NCBI GenBank assembly: GCA_951406725.2
Contig: OX597833.1
Span: 18,166,001-18,230,000 of the forward strand
From: Octopus vulgaris
Lineage: Eukaryota
DNA: 64,000 nucleotides
Reading direction: 5' to 3'
Every line of letters starts with the position of its first letter. Positions within the stretch are counted from its first letter, which is position 1. The notes below the pieces were generated by a model, which was not told where the DNA came from, did no database searches, and saw nothing but the letters and a program-made list of their open reading frames with translations. Of this stretch, positions 28,430 to 42,389 are shown piece by piece. Position numbers and translations under genes: made by a program.

Positions 28430-29064
28430 CGCACAAATAGACAGACAGACGCACACACACGTACGCACACAGGTGAATTTGAGTCAGAATTGGCCCAGTT
28501 CATAACTACGTATGTATGTATGTACGTATGTATGTATGTATGTATGTATGTATGTATGTATGTATGTATGTATGTATGTATGTATGTATGCATGTATGTA
28601 TGTATGTATGTATGTTTCACATTCTCTGTAGAACTGCTTCCAGTTTTTCCCCGTCTATTTTCTGTTGCTTTCGCTGAACATGCCTTCAGTTGCCCTGCTC
28701 CAGTTCTTTAAAGCCATGCAGTTTATTTGTTGATCTAATCATTTGTTTCCCATACAGTTTCTCCAGTAGCTCTCAACTCGATTTTTCTATAGGGGTGTCT
28801 TTTACAATGACTGAGCCTTTCGCGTTGAAGCAGCGATAAACTGATTTGAGATATCTGGCAAATAATTTTTTTAGCATTTACTGTTGTTATGGGAGCTTAA
28901 TTCTCAAAAAGGGGAGATTCTATGGCGGAATTCTGTACTCCCTCACGTGACTGAAAGTAGACCAACGGATTTCAATAAAGAAGTGTGTGGACTGTCAGGG
29001 CAAGATGACAATTGTTGGTCGACCATATTGTTTACTGTGCTAGTGCGACGTGTGTGAATTTAAT

Positions 29065-29484
29065 ATTTATTTCTTTACTACCCACAAGGGGCTAAACACA
29101 GAGAGGACAAACAAGGACAGACAAACGGATTAAGTCTATTATATCAACCCCAGTGCGTAACTGGTACTTATTCAATTGACCCCGAAAGGATGACAGGCAA
29201 AGTCGGCCTCGGCGGAATTTGAACTCAGAACGTAACGGCAGACGAAATACCTATTTCTTTATTACCCACAAGGGGCTAAACATAGAGAGGACAAACAAGG
29301 GCAGACAAACGGATTAAGTTGATTATATCGAACCCAGTGCGTAACTGGTACTTAATTGATCGACCCCAAAAAGATGACAGGCAAATTCGACCTCGGCGGA
29401 ATTTGAACTGAGAACGTAACGGCAGACGAAATACCGGTAAGCATTTCGCCCGGCGTGCTAACGATTCTGCCAGCTAGCCGCCTT
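29065..29484 (-). mobile_element. SINE-B dimer
   Basis: One head plus two bodies with the standard junction. Confidence 0.88.
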
Positions 29485-29810
29485 GTGTGGGTTTAATATC
29501 CGAGTGGTACGGAATGCATTCTGTGTGAACATAATAACTCTGCGATAGGTTATTCTACATAACCACATCCAAATATTTATTTGGTTAATATTTTATACCC
29601 GACGTGTACACCACACGTCATAACAACCGTTTATATATTGTAGATTTAGATTTTAGTTTTTCAGCTGTTGCTCAGTGTTGTTGTTTCAGCTGATGCAATT
29701 TGGAGTTTAGACTTTTTAAATCCTGTATCACCAAATCACCATCTCTAATTTTCGTTTTCCTTTTTTTTTTTTGAGATCTTCCTCATGTCGTGTGAAATTG
29801 TTCTCTGTGT

Positions 29811-30031
29811 TACTCTTTTACTTGTTTCAGTCATTTGACTGCGGTCATGCTGGAGCACCGCCTTTAGTCGAGTAAATCGACCCTAGGACTTATTCTTTGA
29901 AAGCCTAGTACTTATTCTGTCGGTATTTTTTTGCCGAACCGCTAAGTTACAGGGATGTAAGCACACCAGCATCGGTTGTCAAGCGATGCTGAGGGGACAA
30001 ACACAGACAAACACACACACACACACACACA

Positions 30032-30081
<50 letters not shown>

Positions 30082-30248
30082 TACGACGGGCTTCTTTCAG
30101 TTTCCGTCTACCAAATCCACTCACAAGGCTTTGGTCGGCCCGAGGCCATAGTAGAAGACACTCGCCCAAGGTGCCACGTAGTGGGACTGAACCCGGAACC
30201 GTGTGGTTCGTAAGCAAGCTACTTACCCTGCAGCCACTCCAACGCCTA
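29811..30248 (-). mobile_element. SINE-A
   Basis: Full copy. Confidence 0.9.
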
Positions 30249-31037
30249 TGTGTTATATTTCATAATTACAACGATCTGTGAGATATTCTTTCGCAGGAAT
30301 ACAATTTTATATTTTAAACTACCATGCTGGTTCAGGCTTTAAACTGCTGTAATCTCAATTGCGTGGCTTCAGTTCTCTGGCGATGCGCTAGTAATGTAAT
30401 AGCTAAGACATACATCAAAAGGTTAATGGTTTTGTAGATTGTTTTCATATCTCGAGACTGTGTGGTCTTCAGATATGTGTTTGCCATTTCGTTTCCATCT
30501 TTCATTCTAATTTACTGGGCTCTTTACTTATTCTGTATGGCATGTCATTCAAATTAAGCATCTCGGATCACTTGTAAGACGTTTTTGGTATTCCTCTGTT
30601 TGTACAGCATAGATATGAATTTCAGCTAATTGGAGTGTTGTTTACCGCTAGCCTTAGCTAACTATTCTGTCTGTCCTTCAGTGGAAGTGGGGTAATAATC
30701 TTCAACGGTTGGTTTCTTAATGTCAGCCTGCTTTGAATCAGATATGTCCGTTAGTTGTATCAATTTACATCTAACGATACGTTTGCTGGTCATTTAAATG
30801 TCTTTTTTTTTTTTGGAAGGGGTGGAATCTGGCGCCATGTAACCCCTCATAACTTATTTATTTTATGGAACTTCCAGAAAAATTTTTTACGAATTTGCGT
30901 TCTACACACGGTAATTCAGTGGAAATTTTGAAGTTTAGTAGAAGGTTTTTAAATTTGGTGTATTGATGTAATTTTCCACGCTGAATCTCAGGGGCTGATT
31001 CACTTTTCCCAAAAACATTTTTGAAAAATGTTACATG

Positions 31038-31831
31038 TGCAGGAGTGGCTGTGTTGTTTGTGAGTGGATTTGGTAGGCGGAAACTGAAAGAAACCCGTCG
31101 TATATATGTATATATATGTGTGTGTGTGTGTATGTGTGTGTTTTTGTGTCTTTGTCCCCCAAAATCGCTTGACAACCGATGGTGGTGTGTTTACGCCTCC
31201 GTAACTTAGCGGTTCGACAAAAGAGACCGATAGAATAAGTACTAGGCTTACAAAGAATAAGTCCTGGGATCGATTTGCTCGACTAAAGGCGGTGCTCCAG
31301 CATGGCCGCAGTCAAATGACTGAAACAAGTAAAAGAATAAAGGAATAAAGAAGTTTGGAGTTTGTTCATTTCTATCCAGTCAGAAAACAGGATTTGGTAG
31401 TTCCCATCTTGTGCGTGACTGCACGTGTTATCAATTGTAGACAAATGAAATATTGGTAGAATCCTGCTTTACACACGCCATATAACCCCTCATTACCTCT
31501 TTATCTTTTGGAATTTTCAGAAACATTTTGCGAATTTTCATTCTACACACGGGAATTCATACGATTATGCAAAAATAATTTTTTTTTAATTGGTGCATGA
31601 TTAAAGATCTATTTAGCTAGTATTTTTAGCACATCCCATGACCACCTGCGTTTTAAGCATTTAATAAGCGAAAAATGACCACGTGAGTAAGCAACTCCGT
31701 AACAGTTTGGCTTGTTACTATGGAAAGCCTAGTACTTATTCTATCAGTCTTTTGCCGAAACGCTAAGTTACGGGGACGTAAACACCAGCATCGGCTGTCA
31801 AGCGATGTTGGAGAGAACAAATACAGACACA

Positions 31832-31891
<60 letters not shown>

Positions 31892-32070
31892 TATATATAC
31901 ATATATACGACGGGCTTCTTTGAGTTTCTGTCTACCAAATCCACTCACAAAGCTTTGGTCGGCCCGAGGCTATAGTAGAAGACACTTGCCGAAGGTGCCA
32001 CGCAGTGGGACTGAACCCGGAACCATGTGGTTGGTAAGCAAGCTACTTACCACACGGGCACTCCTACACC
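31038..32070. mobile_element. Two SINE-A copies (31038-31330 plus, internally deleted; 31726-32070 minus, 3'-truncated)
   Basis: Match to SINE-A. Confidence 0.85.
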
Positions 32071-32509
32071 TATAAAGCCACTCCTGGGCCTAGATAATGA
32101 TCTTTAAAAGTTTCGACAAAGTTCTGTCTGAATTAAATTTAGTCGTTCACATATTGGGCAAGGTTTCCATTCAGGTGATTTTTAATTCTACATCTGTATT
32201 TAAACATACATATTGAGCGGGGTCATTTTTTTTTGGATTTTCGTGAATTGCTTTGAAGAGTTACTTGACTTACTTCTTTACGTGTGTATCTTTACAGCAC
32301 TGTGTTTACGTATATATGTTAAGATGCATATGTGGTTTATATAGATAAGCTGCAATATATAATAATGTTTAAATATTCGTGTGTCATCTTACCGCACTTC
32401 GCAGCTTAACTTTTCTAATATTTGGCATGTTGCCTTCATATGAACAGTAACAACACACGTCCGAGTATCGGACCAACTAAAACCAACTGTTTTTATGTAT
32501 AAATATATG

Positions 32510-33040
32510 TGAAAGCACGTCGCTCATTGGTTAGAGCGTCTGGCTCACGATCCTGAGGTAGTGAGTTCGATTCCCGGACCGGGCTGTGTGTTGTGTTCTT
32601 GAGCGAGATACTTTATTTCACGTTGCTCCAGTTGTTCACTCAGCTGTTGAAATGTGTTGCGACGTCACTGGTGCCAAGTTGTATTGGTCTTACATACATG
32701 AAGGGACATGGCTCAGTGGTTAGAGTGTCGGGTTTTCAATCGTGAGGTAGTGAGTTCGATTCTGGGACTGGGCTGTGTGTTGTGTTCTTGAGCAAGACAC
32801 TTTATTTCTCGTTGCTGCAGTTCATTCAACTGTAGAAATGAGTTGCAACGTCACAGGTGTCAAGCTGCTTTGCATTTCCCTTGGATAACATTAGTGGTGC
32901 GGAGAGAGGAGAAACCAGTATGCTTGGGTGTCTGTTAGTCTTCCATAAACAACCTAGCCATGGCATGTGCCTGGGAGAGTAACTTTCTAGGTGCATTCCT
33001 ATGGTCATTCATGGCTGAAAGGGTCTCAACCTTTACCCTA
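32510..33040 (+). mobile_element. Two nested/adjacent SINE-C copies
   Basis: Heads at about 32510 and 32700; shared GTGTTGTGTTCTTGAGC centre. Confidence 0.8.
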
Positions 33041-33654
33041 GGTACATCTAATGGTGTAGAGTGAAGAGGCTGGTATGCATGTGTGACTGCTGGTGAGTCG
33101 TTACCCTATTTACTTTATGTATGCATGTGTGTGTATATGTGTGTGTGTACGCGTGCGCGTCTGTTTTTGTGTCTGTCCCTCAAGTCGCTTGACAACCGGT
33201 GTTGATTTGTTTACATCCCCGTAACACCCCAGTTCGGCAAAAGTGATTGATACAATAAATACCAGATTTAAAAATAAGTACTTGAGGTTGATTTGTTTGA
33301 CTAAAGCCCTTCAAGATGGTGCTCCAGCATGACCGTGCCGTAGTCGAATACGAAGCAAAATATGAAAAAAATATTAAAAAAAAACTGATGACTATATCAT
33401 CAAATGTCCTTTCTGTTTTAAGACTGTACGGTGTGGTTTGATGAAGATTTGGTTATTATTTCTAGCTGATCGAGCAACCACGTAGAGACTCACATGTTGA
33501 GTCAATTCATTTCGCAACATACAGCATCTCCCATGTCTCGATCCTGCTACATCACGCATGGACACGCATGCGCCGCATACGAGTTTAGGCAAAGAAGTTC
33601 ATAAATAACCCCACTGCATAGAGATGTCACAACTGTACTGTCGTACATGCTCAT

Positions 33655-33780
33655 GCAGATCTTTAACTTTTGAGCGACAGATTAAGAAAAATATTTTTTT
33701 GTAACCAAACACTTCCAAACTTCGGACGCTGGTAGAATGTGTCATATAAAACATCTTTTACTCTTAGCGTTTTTGAGAAT
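33655..33780 (+). mobile_element. Diverged left-end fragment of the GGATCTTTT MITE family
   Basis: GATCTTTAACTTTTGAGCGACAG...AAACTTCGGACGCTGGTAGAATGTGTCATATAAAACATCTTTT resembles the left arms at 15497 and 17256. Confidence 0.6.
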
Positions 33781-33787
33781 ACAACTA

Positions 33788-34230
33788 CCACAGCCGCCGC
33801 CACAGTTAGCACCGACGCCACAGCCGCCAACGCCACAGCCGCAGCCGCCAACGCCACAGCCACAGCCGCCACAGCCACAGCCACAGCCGCCAACGCCACA
33901 GCCGCCAACGCCACAGCCGCCAACGCCACAGCCGCCAACGCCACAGCCGCCAACGCCACAGCCGCCAACGCCACAGCCGCCAACGCCACTAACAACAATA
34001 CAATTACCACCACCACCACCACCACCTTCATCAATAATAACAACAACACCAAGCAGCACAAACAAAATCGCCACCATCTCCATCCGCATCACCCCCTTCC
34101 ATAAAACTAACACTTTTCTGCACCACCACCACCACCATCACTCTTACCATTTTCACCACCACCACCATCTCCACCATTTCAATCATCGCCATTATTTCCA
34201 CCACCACCACCGCCACCACCACCACCTGCA
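33788..34230. repeat. 15-bp minisatellite (GCCACAGCCGCCAAC)n grading into (CAC)n
   Basis: Near-perfect run around 33880-33989. Confidence 0.9.
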
Positions 34231-34667
34231 TCTCTACCAAGTACGACAACATCCTCATAACTTCTTGGTAAAATCTGAATCGTAAGCCTATTATACGAAG
34301 CCAAATGTAGCGTTATGTAACTTATTTATATAGCGAAATCCGGAATTCAAGAACAGTCGATGATGCTGGCGGTGGTGGTGGTGGTGGTGGTGGTGGAGCC
34401 AGCATGGTTAGCGATAAATCAAAGAAGAGACTGAGGAATGCTGAATAAATTAAGTTGCCATATGGAGGAATAGAAAGGGTGATGCTATGGGCTCCATGAA
34501 GAATTTCCAGCAAGACGAGGGAATTAGACTGGGATGGTGGTGTGTCTAATAGTATAGTGGATGTCTAATTGTATATGTCGGATGCCATCTCTGTCTTTGT
34601 CTGTCGCTTGCTTTTTTTTTTCATTCTGTCTATCGATTAGACACGCGTGCACACGCACACACACATG

Positions 34668-34719
<52 letters not shown>

Positions 34720-34769
34720 AACATGCAGAAACTCACATATATAAGGTAAACACATAAGGCTATAATAAG

Positions 34770-34859
34770 CACCTTGGGCAAGTGTCTTCTACTATAACCT
34801 CGGGCCGACCAAAGCCTTGTGAGTGGATTTGGTAGACGGAAACTGAAAGAAGCCCGTCG

Positions 34860-34953
<94 letters not shown>

Positions 34954-35180
34954 TGTATGTATGTATGTATGCATGTATGTATATGCGTGTATATGTTTGT
35001 GTGTCTGTGTTTGTCCCCTCAACATCGCTTGACAACCGATGCTGGTGTGTTTACGTCCCCGTAACTTAGCGGTTCGGCGAAAGAAACCGATAGAATAAGT
35101 ACTAGGCTCGATTTGCTCGACTAAAAGGCAGTGCTCCAGTATGGCCACAGTCAAATGACTGAAACAAGTAAAAGAGTAAA
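34770..35180 (+). mobile_element. SINE-A, 5'-truncated
   Basis: Match to SINE-A. Confidence 0.85.
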
Positions 35181-35377
35181 TAGAGTGAGTAGTCGCAATG
35201 AGGATATTCAAATCTCTTATAGGGATATTTATCCAAGATATATTGGTTTAATATATTAAATTTTGAAGAGATAATTCTTCAGTGAATATCTTATATAGAA
35301 TATCGTAAGCTATCAAATATTTTGCTTGAGTTAGAAAACACAGAGATCTGATGGATATAAATTAATCTGTTAATTAA

Positions 35378-36591
35378 CTAGCAGGAATACTCGGCGTTGC
35401 TCGGGTATTAAATACTCGGCAATGGTATTAATAGGCTCTACCATTTTTTTCGTTGTACATCTCTTTGAAATTTTTTTTTGCGTTAAGTTGCAAACATTGA
35501 CGTTGAGGAAGAAGCGATTTTTCCCATAGACCATAAATAAAGTAGAAACAACAGAGTGAAAAGCCTCGGAGAAGCCACAAGAACATCGCAGGGGGTGCAA
35601 CAATTGAATATAAAGTGGCTCTGAAAAGGGCCGAATTATCGTTTTCACAATAGCTCTGAAAAGGATTGTTCACCGATCACAGGTATAAATGTCTTTTTTT
35701 GTTCACATGAAAAGCAGTGGGTGCACTGATGCCAAAACTCAAGCCATCTGCAAGGAGATTGAGAAGATGTAGTGGGCAAAATAAGAAAAAAAAAAGACTT
35801 AAGAAAAACAGGTAATTTTGAAAGAATGGCAACAGTAGTACTCACTCACCATAAACCGGTTCGGTAGGGAAGCTGCGGCATGTTTTCGCAATTGTTGGTC
35901 ATACGCGGATGAATTCTGTGCAAATTGGAGTCTCCTAACGTTATCCGTAGGATGAGTAAATAATGTGTAAAGTTTGAATGCAATCCACTGAAGTAGTGAG
36001 AAGTTTTTGAAGATTTAAAGGGGAAAAGGTGTATAAAAATCAATGCTTCCACAGGTTTTCGCGGTTTTTTTGTCGTACAGGGATGCGTTTGGACAAAGAA
36101 CAGATACTTGATAGAACCACCGTTACATGGTGGTTTTTTAGCTGTAAAAACCAAGGAAATCGGACTTTCCAGTAAAAAGTTTTCTACCATGTAACAGAAA
36201 AAATGCCAAAAATCGATTTTTTTCTGAAGTTTTTCGCAATTTTCTTGGGAATCAGAGGCGTCAAGGCAGTGCCAAAATATTTGTCTGAAATGTCGCAACA
36301 TGACGGTCCTTATGTCACCAAAATTACAAATATCAGACGTTCCTGTAAAAGCTTTTCTCACGTGCAACTTTTACCTTTTTTTATGCCAAATGTATGCGGT
36401 CCCTTCAGTTTTATCGATATTTCTCCTAGAAGGAGGTATCTCTAGGCATTGGTAATGCAAGCAGTGACCTGCCTGGGTAAATTTGTCATTTAATAAAAAA
36501 ATTTCATCAAAATCAGAGGAAAAATGTGGAAACGCATAAAAAGCATACACATACAAACACAGACAGACAGTTTGAGTTTTATAGATATAGA
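35378..36591 (-). mobile_element. Non-autonomous Helitron, 1214 bp
   Basis: Minus strand A|TCTATATCTATAAAACTC...CCCGAGCAACGCCGAGT...CTAG|T gives TC/CTAG ends, an A-T target, a subterminal hairpin and no TSD. Confidence 0.85.
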
Positions 36592-37000
36592 TGACTGGTC
36601 TCAATTTGTTTATAAGGAGGGTTTTCATGATTCGGAAGTTGACCCTGTTGCGTTGAGTGGTAGCGATGGATACCTTAATATCCTGGGTCTGGCACATCTT
36701 CAGGTGTTTCTTTATTGAAATGTCCGTGTACATATGTTTTTTATTCGAATATGCAATTTAATGGTGCTCCCTTTGTAGAATGCCCCGCATTTACTGCAAA
36801 CTACATCTTCTAAAACCTAGGCCCCGGACATGTTTTGACATCGATGATGGGGCATTTTGATAGTGTGCAGCCCACGATGCTATCTGTGGTATTATTCCTC
36901 GACAGAAATTTCCTCAGGGATGGACCGGTGTTTGCTTTGGTTTATTTTCCTATCCATTTGTAGCTTACTTTGTACTTTCTCACATTGTTCCGGCCTTAAA
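36592..37000 (-). pseudogene. Penelope-like element GIY-YIG endonuclease relic
   Basis: VVCSKCGAFYKGSTIKLHIRIK(fs)HMYTDISIKKHLKMC...NFRIMKTLLINKLRPVI has the CxxC-YxG-R-H-H-C layout of PLE endonucleases; cut at the C-terminus by the Helitron. Confidence 0.7.
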
Positions 37001-37261
37001 CAACAACCTTCTTTAAAGTTATACCACACGATGCTTCATCAAATTTTCTCCATTTTAATATATACATGCATACATACATACTTACATATATATATGCATA
37101 TATTATTTTAAAGCTGAGTTGAGTGTACACATCTGCACAGAATGATGCACTACAACTAGTTGCACAGTAATTCACCCGCAAGGGACCGATGAAAGATGGG
37201 TCGAAACGATCGTTGTGATTAATAAAGATTCTTGTGAATTCCGTTTTCCCCTTCTTGCATT

Positions 37262-37345
<84 letters not shown>

Positions 37346-37349
37346 ACAC

Positions 37350-37380
<31 letters not shown>

Positions 37381-38164
37381 TGTATGTATGTATGTATGTA
37401 TGTATGTATGCATGCATGCATATATGCATACATTGTCTCTTTTATCGAAATATCAGAGAGTATCTGCACAGTAATTTTGATGTGATAGATATAATTTAAA
37501 TATTTTAACAAATTTTCTCAAAATATTTCAAAGGAAAACGTTGTAATCACTTATTTTTAATGAAAACAATTGAAAGGAGCGGAAGAGACAGAGATAGTGA
37601 GCGTGTGTGTGTGTGTCTGTGTATGTGTGTGCATGTGTGTGAGATAGGGCGTTGGCAAGTGTAAATGACAATGTATTCGGGAAGTGAGGAAGACAGACGC
37701 ATTTACTGCAATGACAATGCAGTCGTTATGAACAAAGCTTGTGCGAGAGGAGGTAAAAACGAAGGGTTGAAAACATTGAAAAAAAGAATTAAATTAATAT
37801 ATTACGTATCAATAATTGCAAATTCGATTTTAACAGAAAATAATCAAAACCTCTGATTATTCAAAGAGCATGGTTATCGCATTTGTCTATAAGAAAATGA
37901 GATTTTTAGGCGTGGCTGCGAGATAATGTTGAGTCCTGTAACGTAGCTGTTCGGCAAAAGAGACCGACAGAACAAAAATATCGGTCTAGAAATAAAGTGA
38001 AAGACATACTGGGATTAATTCATTAGACCAAAAATTCTTCATGGCCGCAGTCTAATGACTAAATTTTCACAAATATTTTCAAAATATTTCAAAGAAAACT
38101 TCTGTAATCATGCATTTTTAAGGAAAGCAGTTGGCGAGAGTAGAGAGCGAGCATGTGCGTGTGT

Positions 38165-38620
38165 GTGAGAAAGAGAGGAGGAGGAGAGAGAGAGGAGAGG
38201 AGAGAGAGGGAGGAGTGAGATAGGAGAGAGCGGGAGGAGAGAGAGGGAGGAGAGACAGACAGACAGACAGAGAGACAGGTAGAGAGAGACAGAGAGAGGG
38301 GGAAAAGGGACGTATGTTGGGAAGAAGGAAAATATTTCAATGAAAACAATCGAACAGAGGCGTCTAGAATGAGCGAGCGAGAGAGAAAGGAGGAGGGGAC
38401 AGACAGAGGGGACGGAGAGAGGGGAACGGAGAGAGAGGGAGAGAGGGGCATGGAGAGAAGGGAAGGGATAGGGGGAGAGAGGGGAAAGGAGATAGGGAGA
38501 GGAGGAAAGGAGAGGAGAGAAAAGTGAGGGAGAGAGAGAAGGGGAAGAGAGAAGGAAACCGAGAGAGATAAAGAGAGAGGGAAACCGAGAGAGAGAAAGA
38601 GAGAGGGAGATGGAGGCACA
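38165..38620. repeat. GA-rich low-complexity tract
   Basis: Direct reading. Confidence 0.9.
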
Positions 38621-39054
38621 GACCCATGTTGCAGCAGTACCTTTACTATAGTAGTCTTCTGCTATCATCCCGGGCCGACCATTATCTTCTGAGTGAATCA
38701 TGCAAACGGAAACTATGCGGAAGCCTGTCATGTATAGATGTGTATGTGTTTGTATTTGTGTGAGTGTGTTGCGTGAGAGACAGACAAACAGACTTTGTGC
38801 CTGTATTTGTTACCTACCACACCACTTGAGAACCGGTATTGGTTTGTTTACGTTCCTGAATCTTAGCGCTTCGGCAAAAGATACCGAACGAATAAAGTAT
38901 CAAACTTTAAAAGAAAAAAAATTAAGTACGAGATGAATTTCTTCGACTAAAGCCCTCCATGGCAGTACTCCAGTATGGCTGCAGTCCGATGAGCGAAAGA
39001 AGTAAAAGATCAAAGAAGAGAAACAGGAAATTTGCGATTATAAAATAGTTTGAT

Positions 39055-40766
39055 CACGAGCGTAGATAGAGTGTGTGCCGCCAGGGGCGGCCCTTCCGTG
39101 TGCCGCCCCGGACACCACGAAAAACACATATTGCCTACAGCAGATCCAAAAGTCGTGCATTTTCAGTAATTTTTGTCTTATAATATCGGGGCTTATAAGG
39201 CGGCGAGCTGGCAGAATCGTTAGCACGCCGGGCGAAATGCTTAGCAGTATTTCGTCTGCCGCTACGTTCTGAGTTCAAGTTCCGCCGAGGTCGACTTTGC
39301 CTTTCATCCTTTCGGGGTCGATTAAATAAGTACTAGTTACGCACTGGGGTCGATGTAATCGACCGAAACCCTTTGTCTATCCTTGCTTGTCCTCTCTATG
39401 TTTAGACCTCTATGTGCAATAAAGAAATAAATATCGGAGATTATCGCATACCGTATTATTTCAATATAATCTGTTCTGGTATTTCGTCTGTCTTTACGTT
39501 CTGAGTTAAAATTCCGCCGAGGTCGACTTTGCCTTTCATCCTTTCGGTGTCGCTAAATTGAGTACCAGTTGCGTACTGGGCTCGATCTAATCGACTGGCC
39601 CTCTCTCACCAAATTTTGGACCTTGTGCTTAGAGTAGAAGGGAATATAATCTATCCTGAAGGCGGCGAGTTGGCAGAAACTTTAGCGCGCCGGGCGAAAT
39701 GCTTAGCGGCATTTCGTTCGTCTTTACGTTCTGAGTTCAAATTCCGCCGAGGTCGACTTTGCCTTTCATCCTTTCGGTGTCGATAAATTAAGTACCTGTT
39801 GAATACAGGGCTCGATCTAATTGGCTTAATCCGTTTGTCTGTTCTTGTTTGTCCTCTATGTGTTTAGCCCCTTGTGGGTAGTAAAGAAATGGGTATTTTG
39901 TCTGCTGCTACGTTCTGAGTTCAAATTCCGCCGAGGTCGACTTTGCCTTTCATCGTTTCGAGGTCGATTAAATAAGTACCAGTTACGCACTTGGGTCGAT
40001 ATAATCGGCTCAATCCGTTTGTCTGTCCTTGTTTGTCCCCTCTGTGTGTAGTCCCTTGTAGGCAAAGAAATGTTAGCACGCTGGGCGAAATGTTTAGCGG
40101 CATTTCGTCTATCTTTACGTTCTGAGCTCAAATTCCACTGAGGTCGACTTTGCCTTTCATCCTTTAGGGGTCGATAAATTAAGTAGCAGTTGCGTAATGG
40201 AGTCGATCTAATCGACTGCGCCCCTCCCTCAAAATTTCAGGCCTTGTGTTTAGAGTAAAAAAGAATATAATTTATCCTGGCTTATAGCATACAACAGGAT
40301 GAAGTGTGTGTTTGTGTGTCTGTGTTTGTACTCCCACCCCAACATCGCTTGACAACCGATGCTGGTGTGTTTACGTCCCCCTAACTTGGCGGTTCGGCAA
40401 AACAGACCGATAGAATAAGTACTAGGCTTACAAAGAATAAGTCCTGGGGTCGATTTGCTCGACTAAAGGCGGTGCTCCAGCATGGCCGCAGTCAAATAAC
40501 TGAAACAAATAAAAGAGTAAAAGAGTATAGTCAATAAAAAACCCCAGAAAAAACAAACAAACAAAAGTTTGGACGAGGCACAAGCAATGTATTCATAAGA
40601 TGCTCAGAGAAGGAAATACACACACACACACGATGAGTATATAAGGATTATCCAGGCGGGTGCATGGAGAGCTCTCAGGTATTGACCAGGTTCAGGCTAA
40701 CCGCCCCTTCAAAAGTCCTGCCCGGGGCAGACCGCCCTATCCCACCCACCCCTAGCTACGCTAGTG
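39055..40766. mobile_element. hAT-type MITE expanded by nested SINE-B array (39197-40270) and SINE-A 3' half (40305-40527)
   Basis: Ends CACGAGCGTAGATAGAG / CCCTAGCTACGCTAGTG (imperfect TIR); perfect 8-bp TSD AGTTTGAT at 39047-39054 and 40767-40774. Confidence 0.75.
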
Positions 40767-40847
40767 AGTTTGATCTGTGCAACGAACAAAACTCAGCTCT
40801 GGAGTCATTTGGACACATTTTCAGCCGTATCCTCTGTGTGTGTGTGC

Positions 40848-40901
<54 letters not shown>

Positions 40902-41469
40902 GTCTTTGCGTAAACACGTTCTGTACAAATACACCGTCATGCGTCAACAGCATCAGCAAACACCTACACACCTACATCAGCAAACACCTACACACATGCT
41001 GATTAACATAGACATAGACACCCGCGCACACATACATAAGCACATGGACATACATCTACAAATAAAACAATAGCACACACACATACACACACACACACAA
41101 TAAGACCTGTCTACGTCTGTTTTTGACACGTCTATTCACTCTGGCCTTTACGCAATTTCCCCTAATTTCCATTCTGTTTTACTTCTTTCTGACTGTTGAC
41201 TTTATTTACATTCTACTGTCTTGTTAGCCTCATTTTTTTTTTCAGTTTTCATTATAGCCATGACTCTCTCTCCCTTCCCCTCCCTCTCTCTCTCTTCATA
41301 TTTTTTCTATTGTGTTTCTGCATATACACGTGCGCAGGCATGTGCATACAAAGGCATCTCTGGGGTTGGGAGTCGGGGGTTAAGAAGTTCGCTTTGCAAC
41401 TACGTAGCTTCGGGTTCCTACCGTACAGGCACCTTGAAGAACCGACCTCTATTACAGCTCCAGCCATAC

Positions 41470-41695
41470 CTATTTCTTTATTACCCACAAGGGGCTAAAC
41501 ATAGAGGGGACAAACAAGGACAGACATAGGTATTAAGTCGATTACATCGACCCCAGTGCGTAACTGGTACTTAATTTATCGACCCCGAAAGGATGAAAGG
41601 CAAAGTCGACCTCGGCGGAATTTGAACTCACAACGTTGCGCCAGACGAAATACCGCTCAGCATTTCGCCCGGCACGCTAACGTTTCTGCCAGCTC
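41470..41695 (-). mobile_element. SINE-B inserted in a SINE-A relic
   Basis: Flanking duplication CAGCTCCAGCCATACC. Confidence 0.85.
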
Positions 41696-42389
41696 CAGCC
41701 ATACCAGTACCTTGTGACTGGTTTTGCCAGACAGAAACAACCCGCGAGAGAAGTTCAGAAGGGATATTCATCTACAGTTATGTCTCTTAGACAGAGATCA
41801 GAGTGCTTTCATAGTGAAAGGATTAACTGCCTACTGAGTGAAATTGGGAAGAAGTGCGGATGGCGTATGTGTATGTCCATGAGGGGCTTGGAAAGTATGG
41901 ATGTGGGTGGTCCACCTTAAAATCATGTGTGGACATGTATGTGTATATGTATGTTTGTGTCTGTGTGTAGTAAGTTGGGTGTGGCAAACCTTGTACTGTA
42001 CTCTCAGACTGGCGGTGAGAGGTACTGATGGCTGAAACTTAACTTTTTACATTCATGATGCAGTCTGCAGGTAACCACACACATATTTCCTTCCATGTGA
42101 GGAGGGTAGGAAAATTTTATTTTAGGTAGGTATTCTAGAGGAGAGTCCTATAACATAATTCTTTTCTTCACCAGGCACAGCCTGCACCTCTTACGGTTAT
42201 CGAAGTAAAATTTGCACCTTTCTTCTACTCTCGATTAAATAAGTACCAGTTACGTACTGGAGTCGATGTAATCGACTTAATCCCTTTGTCTGTCCTTGTT
42301 AGTCCCGTCTATGTTTAGCTCCTTGTGGGCAATAAAGAAATAAATATAATCTATTCTGCAACATGTGGCGCGTTCTTTCGCCGACCATA

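Noticed and set aside
30280-30800. Possible ancient RT fragment on the minus strand
   Set aside because: Only faint similarity (NYKTINLL) amid many stops; not supportable by eye.
30832-31600. Diverged ~90-bp direct repeats at 30832 and 31477
   Set aside because: Probably internal repeats of an old DNA element; no termini or TSD found.
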